A DNA stretch of 64,000 nt from positions 92,895 through 156,894 of the forward strand of contig JAIPIA010000003.1 of the NCBI GenBank assembly GCA_021734945.1, written 5' to 3'. A program made the translations under genes and the position numbers. The notes beneath the pieces were generated by a model. That model saw only the letters and a program-made list of their open reading frames with translations, had not been told where the DNA came from and searched no databases. How positions within the stretch are numbered: the stretch's first letter is position 1; every line of letters starts with the position of its first letter. Below are positions 43,111 through 53,333 of this stretch, in pieces. The stretch comes from Minisyncoccota bacterium (GTDB taxonomy: Bacteria; Patescibacteriota; Minisyncoccia; Phycocordibacterales; CAIZLB01).

Positions 43111-43686
43111 TTATTGAAGTACACCAAGTTTGTCGAGCACGATTTCGTGAGGATAATCTAATACGTCACGGATAAGTCTATCTCCGACGCCAAGTCTGTA
43201 TTTAAAATCTTCACTATCAAGCACAGCAAACCTTATCTCCTTTCCTATATCCGCCTCAATAGATGCCATAACCGCATCAGCTGTACTTTTCTTTGCACCC
43301 TCGGCAACTACGAGTATGTCTATCCTCCCCTCTGTCAGTTCTTTAAATATTCCTGAAAACACAACAAACTTCAATTTACCAATTTTTGAAAGTTTCTTTA
43401 GAATTGGTTTTGAATTTTTAAGACTAGTATCAAGGAGTAATCTTTGAAATTCATGTAAATAAGTAAACTTATCATTTAGGTACCACACGACTTTATTGCC
43501 CCTTGTAGATCTTTTGATAAGCTCCGCTTTTGCTAAAAAATTGAGTTCTGCTCGTGTCTTTGAAATATCTATCTTAGATCTCTCTGCCACGTCAGCAGTT
43601 TCAAAATAAAGTACTGGATTAAAAAGAAAGAGTCTCATTAGTTTTACTCTATGCGCTCCCCCAAAAATTTTCTCTAGTGTGTCCAT
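43111..43686 (-). CDS. HTH plus nucleotidyltransferase-like protein (CPR-type)
   Basis: N-terminal winged HTH pattern (FG...RVKLMRLFL.NP); VFSG.F and IDILVV. Confidence 0.6.
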   Translation of the reverse strand: MDTLEKIFGGAHRVKLMRLFLFNPVLYFETADVAERSKIDISKTRAELNFLAKAELIKRSTRGNKVVWYLNDKFTYLHEFQRLLLDTSLKNSKPILKKLSKIGKLKFVVFSGIFKELTEGRIDILVVAEGAKKSTADAVMASIEADIGKEIRFAVLDSEDFKYRLGVGDRLIRDVLDYPHEIVLDKLGVLQ

Positions 43687-43897
43687 CTGATGTATCTGTA
43701 AAAGTTATGCTGTTAAAAATGTAAGTACCTGATTTTGCGATTCTATGCTTTTGTTCTTTTTCTCGCTTTTGCGCACCTGCCTATTGTGTACTAAATGTAG
43801 CATATTTTTGGAATGACTTGTAGGGACAACCTTATAGAGGTACTATTGCGTCAGGATAGGACACCGACAACAACAAACACACAAAGGAGACTACGCC

Positions 43898-44407
43898 ATG
43901 CCTGCACAAATTAATCCCAAAGTTAACCGTTACCGCCGTTTTAATGGCCTACGTGTAGAACGAGCAAAAATTAGAGATGTGAAGGAAGCTGAGTGGATGA
44001 AAGGTCAATTTCTCAATGAGATAAGCCGAGCGCTACTTAAAAATGATGAACGAGAAACACCTTCGAGATTCATCCATGTTTTCGAAATCATGATGAAACC
44101 GCGAACTTTCGTTCCGTTTCACACTCACCGAAACGACGTGCGATTGCTTCACCTAGTGCCTGAGAGGGACACTGTTGAACTTTGGGCTGCTGGCGAAGGA
44201 GAGGTACCATCAAAACTCGGCACTTTCAGCTCCACATTTCGTCAAGAGATGGATTTCAATGGTGGAACGTACTATGCTTTAGTGAACTCAAGTCAGACGA
44301 AACAGACCATTACTTGCATATGCTTTTACGACAATCCAAATCAGATCATAGAAGACATCTGGCTTGAGTCCAGTCCACCCGAAGGAACCATAATTGGTGT
44401 GGTTTAA
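43898..44407 (+). CDS. Hypothetical protein, cupin-like
   Basis: P...VPFHTH motif; AAGGAG Shine-Dalgarno 7-8 nt upstream; own terminator at 44453-44495. Confidence 0.55.
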   Translation: MPAQINPKVNRYRRFNGLRVERAKIRDVKEAEWMKGQFLNEISRALLKNDERETPSRFIHVFEIMMKPRTFVPFHTHRNDVRLLHLVPERDTVELWAAGEGEVPSKLGTFSSTFRQEMDFNGGTYYALVNSSQTKQTITCICFYDNPNQIIEDIWLESSPPEGTIIGVV

Positions 44408-44596
44408 TCTCTGCACTTTAGAATAAGGGCTATACTCTACTAACCTCAACTACCCCATCGAAGAAGTCCCCATGACTTCTTCGATGGGGCTTTTTCAATA
44501 AATTATCTTACAAAAGTGCAAAACAAGAAAACAAAAAAGCCCTGTATGGATGTAATTCCGGATACAAGGCTTTTTTGTTTTAGGTTTGAGTTTGAA

Positions 44597-45004
44597 CTAT
44601 TTAAGTTCAACCTTTCCACCAGCGTCTTCAATCTGCTTCTTGAGAGCGTCAGCTTCTTCCTTCTTAAGACCTTCCTTAAGGACTGTAGGAGCAGCATCAA
44701 CGAGATCCTTAGCTTCCTTAAGACCGAGAGCAAGAGCTTCTTTTACAACCTTGATGATTGCAATCTTGTTAGCACCTGCGTCTGTAAGGTGAACATTGAA
44801 TGAAGATTTCTCTTCAGCTGCTGCACCTGCTGCGGCTGGACCAGCTACGGCTACTGCAGCTGCTGATACACCGAATTTCTTTTCTAAGAATTTAACAAGT
44901 TCGTGAAGCTCGATAACAGTCATCTTTTCGATGGCTTCTACCACTGTCTTGAACTGTGCTGGAGTTTCTACAACTTCAGCTGTTGTTGTTTCGTTTTCTG
45001 ACAT
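44597..45004 (-). CDS. rplL: 50S ribosomal protein L7/L12
   Basis: [35 protein letters not shown]. Confidence 0.98.
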   Translation of the reverse strand: MSENETTTAEVVETPAQFKTVVEAIEKMTVIELHELVKFLEKKFGVSAAAVAVAGPAAAGAAAEEKSSFNVHLTDAGANKIAIIKVVKEALALGLKEAKDLVDAAPTVLKEGLKKEEADALKKQIEDAGGKVELK

Positions 45005-45104
45005 TTGATTTAAATTAATTTAATTATTTTTTAATAGCTATATATTGGCGAACATTGTTGCTTCCAATATGTTGCTCTGACTTTCATACAATCTATCTCT
45101 TTTC

Positions 45105-45593
45105 CTACTGCTTCTTTTCTGCAATCGCATTGAGAGCGAGAACAAAACCTTGGATTGGAGAATTGATGATGTTGACGAACTGAGCGTACAAAGTTTTCTG
45201 AGAAGGAATGAGAGCAATAGACTCCATTTCTTCCTTATTTTTGTACAAACCGTTGAATACTCCTCCGAGGATAGATACTCGTCCATCGAGCTTCTTTTGG
45301 AAGTCGTAGATTTCTCGAGCTGGTGCCAATAGATCAGCACTGTATACGAGAGCGAGTTCACCATCGAGCTTAGGAATTTCTCCTGAGTATGCAGCTTCAG
45401 TAAGAGCTCTCTTTGTAAGAGTCTTCTTGGCTACAGTAAAGTTTACATCTTTTGATCGAAGTTCTTTTCGGATAGTTGTTGATTCAGAAACAGGAAGCTT
45501 GTGAAAATTCACAAACACTACTGATTTTGAAGTGTTCAAAATATCTTTTACAGAAGCAACAATCTCTTGTTTTTTCTGTTTGGTAATTGCCAT
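45105..45593 (-). CDS. rplJ: 50S ribosomal protein L10
   Basis: VAKKTL, ILGG, IALIPS motifs; directly upstream of rplL. Confidence 0.97.
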   Translation of the reverse strand: MAITKQKKQEIVASVKDILNTSKSVVFVNFHKLPVSESTTIRKELRSKDVNFTVAKKTLTKRALTEAAYSGEIPKLDGELALVYSADLLAPAREIYDFQKKLDGRVSILGGVFNGLYKNKEEMESIALIPSQKTLYAQFVNIINSPIQGFVLALNAIAEKKQ

Positions 45594-45734
45594 AATTTGT
45601 ATTTTTAGGGTACTAGTAATCGTAGCTTTGAATTAGGTAACAGTAATTAGACCATTAATCTAAATCAAGACGTTCGACCGAAAGGAAATCAAGAAGGAGG
45701 GGTGATTTTGTGTAATCCGTAACGTTAAGCTACA

Positions 45735-45807
45735 TATCTCACAATTTCGACCTCTGCACAGGGCTTATGGAATGCCTATGGTCTTCGAAGCCTTTCGATA
45801 TGAGATT
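45735..45807 (-). promoter_or_regulatory. L10 leader (autogenous ribosomal-protein leader RNA)
   Basis: Minus strand GAAGACCAUAGG...CCUGUGCAGAGGUC resembles the L10-leader core, inside an AUCUCA/UGAGAU stem upstream of rplJ. Confidence 0.75.
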
Positions 45808-45860
45808 ACCAGATTCTTAAGTAAAGTCAATGCTCTCATAATCACCTACCCAATCCATAT

Positions 45861-48800
45861 CTAGTATCCAAAAGCTCTACTCAGCTGTGCGAATTGAGTG
45901 TATAGAAAAGCAGCTTCTGACCTAGTCATTCCACCTTTATAATATAGCGACTTTCTCCTATTTAGATCCTTTATTATTGAACCTAGGCTTATCGTAGTGT
46001 CTCTTGAATAGAGCTTGGCTAAACGTATTTTGGACTCCGTAGAAATTTTATAATTTTTCTCAATTGCATTTAATTTCAATAAGTATCGTTGTTTAAAATT
46101 TGCCCGTATCCCCGATTTCTGAATTTCTATACGAATGAGGCTAATCAAATACAATATGTCGACTGGCTCGTTATCCTGAATATAGGATACTTGATTAGTT
46201 GAATTAGTGGGTGAACCAACATTGGTACTAGTTGAATATTGTTGATTTACTTCATAAATAACTGTGTTTGAATATACGCCCGCATACTCATTGGTAACCC
46301 TCATCTCAACGGTAGGTAGTCCTGCTGTACTAGAAGAATTATCTATTCGCACTTCAACAGATGAATATGCTGTTATTGGAATATTTTCAAAAGAGGCAAG
46401 GACAATTGAACCACTCTGAGCATTTTGGTTTATTGAACCATCTGAATCTAGCAAACCACTCGGTGGTAAAATCTGTTCTATTTTAAAGTTTATTTTAATC
46501 TCATCTAAAATAAAACCTGCTGATTGGACAGTATCAATCAAGCCTTGATTTGGCTTTAGATACACACTACTCGGGAGAGTTTCGCTATTAATATAATATG
46601 ATTCACCAACATGTGAAAAGTTACTATTTGGTAAACTATTCTTTATCGGCTGAATATCAGAAACTGAAACCTTAGTATTGGTGCCCTCCTCGGGATTTAT
46701 GAGGGGAAAATATATACCCACTTTATTTTCATATTTGTCTTTTGCAGACATTAAAAGAATATCACTAGCTGAAATTCTATACTTACTATCACCATAGACA
46801 TCACTTAGTATTGAATTATCAATAGTAATGCTAGTATTTTCACCTCCCTCACCAAGTGACACATCCCCTCCCATTCGGCCACCTCCATGTTTAGTCATAT
46901 AAGCTGGTATAGAATATTGTCCTATGTTATTTAACATAATCTGCATAAGGGTACTTATTATCGGTGGTGTTGAAATTATATTTGCATGTGTATAATTTTT
47001 ATTATTTTTTCTATTATATTCGCCTAAATTGAATATATATTTTTCACCCCAGCGACCGCCTTGGTTTAGTAAGGGATTAATCTGTTGCTCTTGAATGCTG
47101 AATACGTCTTCCGCAAGCACGGTTCCATCACCAACTGCAGAATAAATCGGCGTATGATCCAAACCACAATTTGGTGACATAAGCCACGGATGAGTATATA
47201 TGCTCTGGCAAGGCTTTTTAACATATCTGATGCTCTTTAATGTATCTACACCTACTCCGAGAATATTATAAAATTCTATATTTTTATATAGAGAGTCGGA
47301 TTGAGGTTTTACAAAAGAGGAGCCCAACTCGATATCAATGTTTTGTTTTATTTTTTTATTTGCAACAAGTGGAACATTAGTTTCTATTGTGTCTATCGTA
47401 CTCGGTCTCGCCATTTCTTTAAACAAAAACTTATACATATCTATGACTGAATTAATATCCGGCACACCTACAGAAATAGTATTTGTTGCTTGTACACCAT
47501 ATATGAGGTTTGAATCTATTTTTGGAAGGAGTGAATAGACTGATGGCATATTCTGTGCAAATTTCCTCATTGTATTTTTATTAACAATAAAGCCACCACC
47601 TATATCTTGATTGTCGCCATGCAGGAGTGCAAACAAAGCAGATGGCGACCCATTCTCAGGCACAGCGACAAAAATGACTTTATCTATTAGACCTATTTTG
47701 TTTCTTTGGGCTAAGTAGGTTAAAAATCTTTTACTGACCAGTCCGCCATAACTATGAGCAATGAGCGTAACTTTTCCAGTTTTTGAAGACAATGCCATTT
47801 GATCTATCTGACTTTCCATTTTCTTGTATTGCCCATTAAAACCATATCTCGTACCCTCAGTTACAATTGTATTGGGTGACATCCTCCAGTCATATGCGGC
47901 AAATTGCCAATCATTTATAGAGTAATTAACATTTAAGCCATCGAGTGACTTTAGAAAACTTTTGTATATTTCGATATCATCATTTCCACCCAATGCAATA
48001 TTTGTCCTATCAATAATATCCCTGAAATACAAACTTTTATCCATAGAATAACCATCGTTTGTAAGATACAACTTTGATATATCAGAGTTTGAATTCGGTT
48101 CCCAAAGTTGATTTTCAGTAAAAGTATTCTTTTTATAAATTCGACTGCCTTGGATACCTGGTATAAACAAAATGTTTGAACAGCAAGTCACTTTCTTTTT
48201 TGGTTTTAATTGTTTCCACGGACTTACGCCTGCTGTGCCTACGTAAGAGTCGCCATTCCCTGTTGGGTTTATTTGGATATTATATGGACCAGTCTCACTT
48301 CCCCACCAATTACCTGTAGCTATTACTTCTCCTCCGTATATTATTGCTCCATGTTCAGTATTTCCAAATATTTCACTCTCTGAAATATGTATATTTGAGA
48401 CATAGGATTCAATGCCAACTTTATTTTTTGTAAAAGCACTATTAGATATTTCTAAATATGCATTTGAAAATGTCGATATTGCTGAACCTGTCAAACCCTC
48501 AAAAGTGGTCAATTCAACTTTTCCATATGTTTTATTGAATATCTCAATTGCCTTTTGGGTATGTACACTTTCCACACCAGAGACAGTAACAGCTTCAGAT
48601 TTACCCTTGATCAAAGAATCACTCATAAATAGAGTTGACTGCGTACTTGGACTATTTTGAGGATTGTTGCCATCATAAATAAGAATTGATGTTTGATACC
48701 CAACACCCGACAAAGAAGAGTTCATAACTGAAATAGAACTTTGATTAAAAATTTCTAGTCCTACTCCAGAGGACACATTTTCAAACATGCTGTCTTTAAT

Positions 48801-49313
48801 ACTCAAGACCGAACCATTAAACACAGTAATAGTACTTGGACCATCAACAGCACCAACATCTTTTATTTGAACATCATTCATCAGTACTGTTGAACTAGAA
48901 TATGCGTCTACTAAACCGCCTGTCTCTCTGATACTAGTATGACTCATCGACAGCTCACCTCCGATAACCGTAATGGCTTTTTGTATTGAAGGATGACTTG
49001 AGATTCCTTCTGAATAAAACAATGGGTTCTTTATAGTGATTGGAAAGCCCTCTTCTCCTTGAAAGACGAGTCTCCCTCTAACTGTAATTGATCCTTCTAT
49101 AAACACCTGCGAACCCTTTTCTATAGTGAGGCTAACACCCTTAGGAATAGAACTAACCCCCTCAAAATAATATGGACCATTTACCTGCCTCAATACAGTA
49201 TTTTGAGTAAATATTTTACTTTCATATCTTGTCTCACCGCGAACGATATCATGAGGGACAAAAAGGATGACAATACATAATATAGAAAAGAAAAAGATAT
49301 GTTTTTTATACAT
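45861..49313 (-). CDS. Large secreted protein: beta-helix N-terminus plus LCAT/lipase-type alpha/beta hydrolase
   Basis: Signal peptide, NWWG..GP, ILFIPGIQGS, YDWR, IAHSYGG nucleophile elbow, GDGTV, H..I. Confidence 0.8.
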   Translation of the reverse strand: MYKKHIFFFSILCIVILFVPHDIVRGETRYESKIFTQNTVLRQVNGPYYFEGVSSIPKGVSLTIEKGSQVFIEGSITVRGRLVFQGEEGFPITIKNPLFYSEGISSHPSIQKAITVIGGELSMSHTSIRETGGLVDAYSSSTVLMNDVQIKDVGAVDGPSTITVFNGSVLSIKDSMFENVSSGVGLEIFNQSSISVMNSSLSGVGYQTSILIYDGNNPQNSPSTQSTLFMSDSLIKGKSEAVTVSGVESVHTQKAIEIFNKTYGKVELTTFEGLTGSAISTFSNAYLEISNSAFTKNKVGIESYVSNIHISESEIFGNTEHGAIIYGGEVIATGNWWGSETGPYNIQINPTGNGDSYVGTAGVSPWKQLKPKKKVTCCSNILFIPGIQGSRIYKKNTFTENQLWEPNSNSDISKLYLTNDGYSMDKSLYFRDIIDRTNIALGGNDDIEIYKSFLKSLDGLNVNYSINDWQFAAYDWRMSPNTIVTEGTRYGFNGQYKKMESQIDQMALSSKTGKVTLIAHSYGGLVSKRFLTYLAQRNKIGLIDKVIFVAVPENGSPSALFALLHGDNQDIGGGFIVNKNTMRKFAQNMPSVYSLLPKIDSNLIYGVQATNTISVGVPDINSVIDMYKFLFKEMARPSTIDTIETNVPLVANKKIKQNIDIELGSSFVKPQSDSLYKNIEFYNILGVGVDTLKSIRYVKKPCQSIYTHPWLMSPNCGLDHTPIYSAVGDGTVLAEDVFSIQEQQINPLLNQGGRWGEKYIFNLGEYNRKNNKNYTHANIISTPPIISTLMQIMLNNIGQYSIPAYMTKHGGGRMGGDVSLGEGGENTSITIDNSILSDVYGDSKYRISASDILLMSAKDKYENKVGIYFPLINPEEGTNTKVSVSDIQPIKNSLPNSNFSHVGESYYINSETLPSSVYLKPNQGLIDTVQSAGFILDEIKINFKIEQILPPSGLLDSDGSINQNAQSGSIVLASFENIPITAYSSVEVRIDNSSSTAGLPTVEMRVTNEYAGVYSNTVIYEVNQQYSTSTNVGSPTNSTNQVSYIQDNEPVDILYLISLIRIEIQKSGIRANFKQRYLLKLNAIEKNYKISTESKIRLAKLYSRDTTISLGSIIKDLNRRKSLYYKGGMTRSEAAFLYTQFAQLSRAFGY

Positions 49314-49661
49314 ACCTAAAATATACTTACAACCTATTAAGTCTTGGTAAATTTTTGATAAAATTTAAACCACTACCTCTCATAGTTATTAGCTAACTTA
49401 TCATTATCCAATAGCTAGCCACTACAGTTACTTAGATTGGACACTCGAAACCTCACTACTAGAATCACTTATATGAGACGTACCCGCAATAATAAAAACT
49501 AAAAATCCTAAGATGAGAAGCCCCAGAAAACCACTTATGAGTTTAAAAGATGTTGAATCAAACATATTACTTATATTCTAGCATATATTAAAACCTAAAT
49601 TTGTAGCTCTAATTACTTAGATTTTTCAATTTCAGCATATCCCCAGAAAATTAGCCAACAC

Positions 49662-49695
49662 AAAAACCCGCCCTCTTTCGAGAACGGGTTTTTGT
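49662..49695 (-). terminator. Terminator of the S-layer-like gene
   Basis: AAAAACCCG..CTC TTTC GAG..CGGGTTTTT inverted repeat. Confidence 0.7.
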
Positions 49696-49749
49696 TAGAG
49701 ATGTTAGCTTGTGGGTATCTTTCGATACTTGAGAGCTACCAACAACTTA

Positions 49750-51588
49750 TTACTTAGCGAAGTATGAAGTTGAAGGTGTCTTGATGTCATCAAGACCCCA
49801 TGTCTGTGAAACCTGAGAACCAGTTGTAGTTCCCCAGTTAATCTGTGAGATAACGAAACCGTACTGACCTGAGTGAACTACTGAACCAGTACCGAGTGTT
49901 GCTGTCACTGAAACCTGAGCTGTTGAGCCATCAGATACATTGTTGTTTGGAATAACAACAGGTGCACCTACAGCTGTAGCGATAGGGTTAGCAGTACTTG
50001 TAGCAGCTACGATTGTAAAGTCAGCGGCAACAGGCTGTTTGATTGTACCTCCGAGTGCAGTTACATTGAATGTGAATGTAGCTGTCATTTCAGTTGTAGA
50101 ACCGTTCTGGTTTGTTGTCTTTGAGATTGTAGGTGTTCCAGCGAGTGTCCACTGAGCAGCTGTCTTGTATACATAGTGGTATACACCGTAAACTGGAGTA
50201 GAAACTGAAGCTGATGTTCCGTTTGGCTTTTCAAATGTTACAGATGCAACAGATGTAGAAGCTGAACTTCCGTCAGCAGCTGATGAAGACCAGTTACCCT
50301 TAAGAGTAAGTGTCTTTGTCACATCCTGACCAACTACGATTGACTCGAGGTTGTTGAATGTAACTGTACCTGCTGCGTTTTCAGAACCAATCTTTGTTGA
50401 TCCATCCCAAAGTTCTACAGTTTGTAGAGCTGAAGTAGTTGTAGCAACGTTAACAACGAGACTCTGGAGCTTTGAAGCACCTGTTTCTGACTTAACATTG
50501 AATGTTAAGAGAGGAACATTTTCAACACCGTTTGTAGGGTTGATTCGATAGTTTTGTGATCGAAGTGGTGATGACGCTGCAGAAAGTGTCAATGTTGATG
50601 AACCTGGCTTCTTGAATGTGTGTGTTCGTGTCAAAGCATCAAGTGAGTAGAAAGATGAAACGCCGTTTCCAGAAACTGCTCGGAGTGAGTTTGTTCTGTA
50701 ACCGTCGATAACAACTGTTCGGTCTGTATCAATTGAGTTTGTTGAGAATGAAACAACAAGAGTCTTAACTGAGTTTGCAGGAAGAACAAAGTTCAAGCCT
50801 GAAATTCGAGCGTAGTAATCCTGGTTTGAATCCTTTGTGAAAGTTGTACTGTTCACAGGGATTGTAGCAACAACACTTGAACCATCCCAAACCTTGATTG
50901 TGTTAATCAAAGTTGAAGGGTTTTCAGAACCACCTGTTGTAGGAGTTACTGAAACCTGGAGGTCAAGAGTCTGAACTACCATGTCAGCGATTTTACCTCG
51001 GAGTTCGATACCGTATACAGGAACATCAGTTGATGTCTGGATATTAGCCTCGTTTGAAGGTGTCGCTGCAAGCTTCTGATCAAGAGTTCCTTCTACACCA
51101 CTTGTTACAACTGGAGTTGTAACTGTAGTAGTTGTACAAGCAGCACCTGTCATACTATTGAACATAGCGCCTGCTGGGCAACCTGCTACTGTAGTAGTAG
51201 TTGTACAAGCAGCACCTGTCATGTAGTCAAACATAGCGCCTGGTCGTGAACATGCACCTGTTGCAGTTGATACACTTGAACCATCAGCGTTAGCTGCTGC
51301 TCGAGTGAGAGGACCGAAGTAACCTGAAGCTGGAGTTACATTCTTTGAAATCTGGAATGCAACAACTGCTGACTTAGTAAGACCACCAAAGTATCCCTTA
51401 GCAACACCTGATGGCATTGTTAGGAGACCCTTTGATTCAAGGTATGACTGTAGAGCTACTACGTCAGCACCTCGTGAACCTATAGTAAGGTTCGTGTTGA
51501 AAGCGTTTGACATTGACTGAGCAGAAACTGCAGAAACTGCAGAGAAAGCGAAGGCAACAGCAAGAGCTATTGAGAAAATTTTCTTCAT
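49750..51588 (-). CDS. Peptidoglycan-binding S-layer-like surface protein
   Basis: Signal peptide, NLTIGSRG.DV..LQ..L and GYFG.LT PG-binding motifs, two C..GAMF..MTGAAC repeats, Thr/Ser-rich body. Confidence 0.8.
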   Translation of the reverse strand: MKKIFSIALAVAFAFSAVSAVSAQSMSNAFNTNLTIGSRGADVVALQSYLESKGLLTMPSGVAKGYFGGLTKSAVVAFQISKNVTPASGYFGPLTRAAANADGSSVSTATGACSRPGAMFDYMTGAACTTTTTVAGCPAGAMFNSMTGAACTTTTVTTPVVTSGVEGTLDQKLAATPSNEANIQTSTDVPVYGIELRGKIADMVVQTLDLQVSVTPTTGGSENPSTLINTIKVWDGSSVVATIPVNSTTFTKDSNQDYYARISGLNFVLPANSVKTLVVSFSTNSIDTDRTVVIDGYRTNSLRAVSGNGVSSFYSLDALTRTHTFKKPGSSTLTLSAASSPLRSQNYRINPTNGVENVPLLTFNVKSETGASKLQSLVVNVATTTSALQTVELWDGSTKIGSENAAGTVTFNNLESIVVGQDVTKTLTLKGNWSSSAADGSSASTSVASVTFEKPNGTSASVSTPVYGVYHYVYKTAAQWTLAGTPTISKTTNQNGSTTEMTATFTFNVTALGGTIKQPVAADFTIVAATSTANPIATAVGAPVVIPNNNVSDGSTAQVSVTATLGTGSVVHSGQYGFVISQINWGTTTGSQVSQTWGLDDIKTPSTSYFAK

Positions 51589-52305
51589 ATATATAATGAT
51601 AATTTGATTAAAGAAAGATGCTATCTACATTAATTGTTAAACAATTGATAATGTGTAGAATCACATAAATCTTCGGGTTAAACTAACCTGGCGAACCCGT
51701 ACTGCAACTGAATTGAAAGATTGAACTTATTCAATGTCAGTACGGGTTCGCCATTTTTTTTAATAACTTCTTTGACTAACTTATAACTAACTTACGTATG
51801 TTAACTATCCACTTAATGACTATATATGGTTTGCAAACTATATATAGTCATACTACCCACCAAACTTCATAACTTATCGACACAAAGTTTGGTAGAGTTG
51901 TTGAGAATCATAGGATTGACGGGAAAATGTCTGTATAAAAGAAAAAGGCAGAATAACTGATGTTTAATTGACTGAATTTGATATGAAATTTTCAATGGTC
52001 AAATCGTTCTGGATAGGTCTAAAGTACTAAAGAATTGGTCTTTGTATACACTTAGTAAGTATATAATTGACCTCTATCTCCTAGTACCTCTACTTTGCAT
52101 AATAGCCTTATTTAAGGGCATATATGAAAAATACCGGTCTCTGTACATATACCATGACGGTATATGAAACAATATATTACAAAAAATAGGGGTTCCAGTC
52201 AATTAACTAAATTCTAATTCTACAAAGCAATACAACAGTAGAATAGAATTTTAAAGGACAAATATCGGACAAAATATCCGAAATAAAATGCAAAAATAGA
52301 GACTT

Positions 52306-53196
52306 TTATTGAGACAATGAATACCTACTCCAACGTCGCTCACCTGTCTTTAACAAATCACCTGTTCCAACAAGGGAGATAAGCTCTCTCTGAATAGTTT
52401 TTTCGCTACAACCTTTAATAACTTCTGTTAAATCTTTTATTGATGATTCTCCTTTGTTCTTAATAGTGTTTAATATAAGAGTCTGCCTTTCGTTTTTTAC
52501 ATCAGAAGTTTCTGGACTAGAATAAGACTTACCCCCTAGATTATTAGATACTATTTTTGAAACAGGATTACTAACTTTCTTATTCTGATCTTCGTCCTTT
52601 TTAAGATTAGTGGTCCTGTCTGAAAATTTTGTATTCTTTACGTTAAAAGACAAAGTTTTATCTACAGGCAAAACATTATCTTGTTTTAAATCATCGACAA
52701 ATGTCCGTGAGTTTTTGTAAGAGGCATCAAGTGTGTCCATTTCAAATAGGTGTGTTGGTATAGCTTGATTTTTATAAGACAGTGTTTTCCAATATGTTTC
52801 AACTTCCTCAATAAATATTTGTACTTGATTGACCATAAGGTTGTAATTTGAAGTGTTTATGGAGTGAGCTGAGACTGCTATATCAGACACAGAAACGAGA
52901 GCCATTGATTTCATTGCGACGTCTCGTGCCAAGTCTTCTGTCTTATTAAAACTTGCAACCAAATCAAGTGTCTTTGAAGACATGTCGAGCGCCAAAGTAC
53001 GAAGCTTTAGTTTTAAGCTGTCATTATCCTGTATATGCTGAGTAAGGAGGAAATAGGCTTTGCAAATTTTCTCAGCTCTACGATAGATATGGATACCTTC
53101 TTTGTCTTTTATAAAACTTGAAACAGCCTCATACACTTGTATGTCTTTCTTTTGGTCATTCATTTGTTCTTGATTGTTTGTTATGTCCTTTTCCAT
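52306..53196 (-). CDS. Helical N-terminal domain plus C-terminal DeoR-like HTH protein
   Basis: R...IL..IK.KG..SIKD.....CSEKTIQREL..L...G.L...GERRWSRY. Confidence 0.65.
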   Translation of the reverse strand: MEKDITNNQEQMNDQKKDIQVYEAVSSFIKDKEGIHIYRRAEKICKAYFLLTQHIQDNDSLKLKLRTLALDMSSKTLDLVASFNKTEDLARDVAMKSMALVSVSDIAVSAHSINTSNYNLMVNQVQIFIEEVETYWKTLSYKNQAIPTHLFEMDTLDASYKNSRTFVDDLKQDNVLPVDKTLSFNVKNTKFSDRTTNLKKDEDQNKKVSNPVSKIVSNNLGGKSYSSPETSDVKNERQTLILNTIKNKGESSIKDLTEVIKGCSEKTIQRELISLVGTGDLLKTGERRWSRYSLSQ

Positions 53197-53333
53197 TTTT
53201 GTTGAATTTGTGAATCTGACCTTTAGGTGACTTTTTGAGACTTTTTACAAAGTCTTTGATTTCAAACTCATTATATATAAGACAATATTAAATGCAACTT
53301 CAAAGCCAGCTACCCGCGTGATAAAATATTGCC

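Noticed and set aside
44597-45860. Absence of rplK-rplA upstream of rplJ as evidence of L1 loss
   Set aside because: The genes could lie elsewhere; this cannot be judged from one window.
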